A stretch of DNA of 64,000 nucleotides from Phallusia mammillata (lineage: Eukaryota): NCBI GenBank assembly GCA_965637545.1, contig OZ281497.1, positions 22,320,001 to 22,384,000 on the forward strand, written 5' to 3'. Position numbers and translations under genes: made by a program. The notes beneath the pieces were generated by a model. It did no database searches and was not told the DNA's origin. It saw only the letters and a list, made by a program, of their open reading frames with translations. Positions 61,999-64,000 of this stretch are shown in pieces; the stretch's first letter is position 1; each line of letters begins with the position of its first letter.

Positions 61999-63487
61999 GG
62001 TACGCACTCTCTTGGTTGGTTTTGTTCTTTGTCTGGATCTTGATTGGTATTGAGGTCCATAATATCCATACATCTTTTTTCCACATAATCGACCACTGCC
62101 AACAAAAAAACAACAACATCTTAGCGTTAATTTGCTAACGAAACTTGACAGATTCCCACACGTGCTACCAAGTTACTAACCCGTTTTAGCTGTCCAGCGG
62201 TTGTTTGAATCCAAATGCCAACATGATTTCATGATTTGATGCAAAATGCCAAATATACATTTCTGCTCTTTTGTTGACAATTGTTGTTTGACTACATCAA
62301 GTTCTTTTTGAGGTCTTTTCCGTTTAGTTTTAAAACAAACAAAATTTCCTGGGGAACGTCATTATCTGCGAATGGGGTTATCTGTGATGATCTCATAAAC
62401 AACAATGACAAAGCTGTGTTTGAAATAAACAGGTATTAATTTTTATACATTACATGTAAGAACCTCATAACTTACCTGTACATATCACCAAGTACAGTGA
62501 TGTTTTCCGTTTCTGGAGCTGCATACAATATCGTGCATTGACTGTTGGAAGGAACTTCAGATGTGCTTGTACTAAGACCAGTTGCATGAATAATATTGGC
62601 AGTACCAAAATCAGCTAGTTTTACTACTAACTCTCGGGTAACAATTATGTTGTCTGGTTTGACATCTCCATGACGAATTCCATGTCCTGGTTGGTAGCTG
62701 TGCAAATACTTCAAAGCCAAAGCGAGCTGGTAAACCACCCTCATGCGATTATCCCAAGACATTTCATCGTCGCGCAAGCATTGTTTTAGAGTCTTTCCAT
62801 CTACGTATTCCATTATAATGGCCACATTGGTTCCCCATGTTGTCCAGGCAAACACTTCAACTATGTTTTTATGTTTGACACGAACCATCGAGTTTATCTC
62901 GGTCAGAAAGCTACAAAAACAATACGTTATAAACAGGTGTACATGAAGCATTAAAAAATTGAGATCCAATAGCAATACACGATTACCTGAAGATGAATAA
63001 AAATCAACTTAGTACAATAATCCCTACAGTTATAATCGGCTCAGGCTTTTTTTTGTTCAGGTTCGGACTTTAATTTTACATATAGCTATAATGGGCTTTT
63101 TCGGGCCTGACGACACTTAGTTTTATCAACTTTCAGGCCCAACCCTGGTTTAAAAATCAACGGATTAGAGCTGAGTTTCGAGATTTTACTCTCGGGCTCA
63201 GGCCCCAATTTCGAGCGCACTAAGAACTATAGCAACAAAATTATGTTTAAATACTCATTTAAATTGGACTCGAGATCGTCTCCTCCAAAACATATGCTGT
63301 AACATTTCGCAGTCACAACTTGATTGGATCCTTTGGTTAGGCGTTTGCGAATCACACCGTATTTTCCTTTTCCGATCAAATAGTCTTGGTTGCAAGTGGT
63401 CACAAAGTCACTTGCTTCAAAAAGTTTTGCTCTTTATGAAATGCCGGTTATACTCTCCTGTAGCAACACAAAAGTTATGATTTAGAC

Positions 63488-63678
63488 CAGTGGTCCGTAA
63501 CCGTCGGGCCGAGGAGTTCGCTACCGGGCCGTATACTTTTCAGGTAAAATGCTTTAAAACATTTTGCCCTATTAAGGCATTTTCATTGCTGAACATTTGT
63601 AGTTTTTTTGAAGGCCGTCCGCGATAAAATTTGAGTTTAAAAAATCGTCCACAGTACAAAAACGGTTGCCGACCCCTG
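63488..63678. mobile_element. hAT-type MITE (GGTCGGCAACC family) in A4 intron 1
   Basis: Termini CAGTGGTCCGTAACC / GGTTGCCGACCCCTG; perfect TSD ATTTAGAC. Confidence 0.85.
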
Positions 63679-64000
63679 ATTTAGACAATATAGTAACATT
63701 AGAAGTTATATAAAACCAACACAGGAAGTGCCGTATATTTGACACAACAGGTTGCTCCCATCTAAATAGGAGAATAGACCTTTTTTGTTGGCCGACATTT
63801 TGAACGTGACGTAAAACACTGTAGGCTATAGGTGGCTAATGTTTGCTTTTATTCCAAAAGGCCCTTACTTAAACTGAGACTTCAAACGTATTGAAATAAT
63901 AGTGTGACTTACTTCCATTTCCATGGTATTCTTGCAAAATATACCAGTGGAAAAGCAAATTTCTAAATATTAAAAAACAATTAACTGAAACACTGTTGTC

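Larger units (their letters stand above)
60968..63924 (-). pseudogene. TKL kinase type A, copy A4
   Basis: Close to A2, but with a premature TAA in exon 2 (near 63435), a 2-bp deletion in exon 4, a 185-bp insertion in exon 5, and a stop plus deletion at 61053 in the last exon. Confidence 0.9.

Overview
Eukaryotic, AT-rich animal genomic DNA with short GT-AG introns. A marine invertebrate, possibly a tunicate, is plausible, but the organism cannot be proven from this window. It opens with the 3' part of a DNMT1 gene (176-3855, +). The rest is a tandem cluster of 12 copies or fragments of intron-containing cytoplasmic tyrosine-kinase-like (RIPK/IRAK-like) kinase genes. All copies that retain the catalytic loop are non-RD (HGD; YGD in B4). 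They fall into three paralog types, labelled here A, B and C, which recur as a cassette (<-A <-B C->). B and C are head-to-head about 0.6 kb apart. All three types share intron positions and phases and a post-kinase VxLxxFxxP[FY] motif. A and C also share a 12-nt first coding exon and a C-terminal domain that looks like a degenerate SH3 fold. Apparently intact copies are A2, B1, B2, B3 and probably A1. All four C copies, plus A3, A4 and B4, carry lesions. The cluster contains many transposons: a young Gmr1-type Gypsy element (PR-INT-RT-RH order, tRNA-Pro PBS), a young BEL/Pao element inserted just after a kinase catalytic loop, a THAP-domain DNA transposon relic, an internally inverted LTR relic, a foldback palindrome and several hAT-type MITEs. 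An orphan C-type lectin exon also sits in the cluster. Exon boundaries and alignments were read by eye; no database searches were run.
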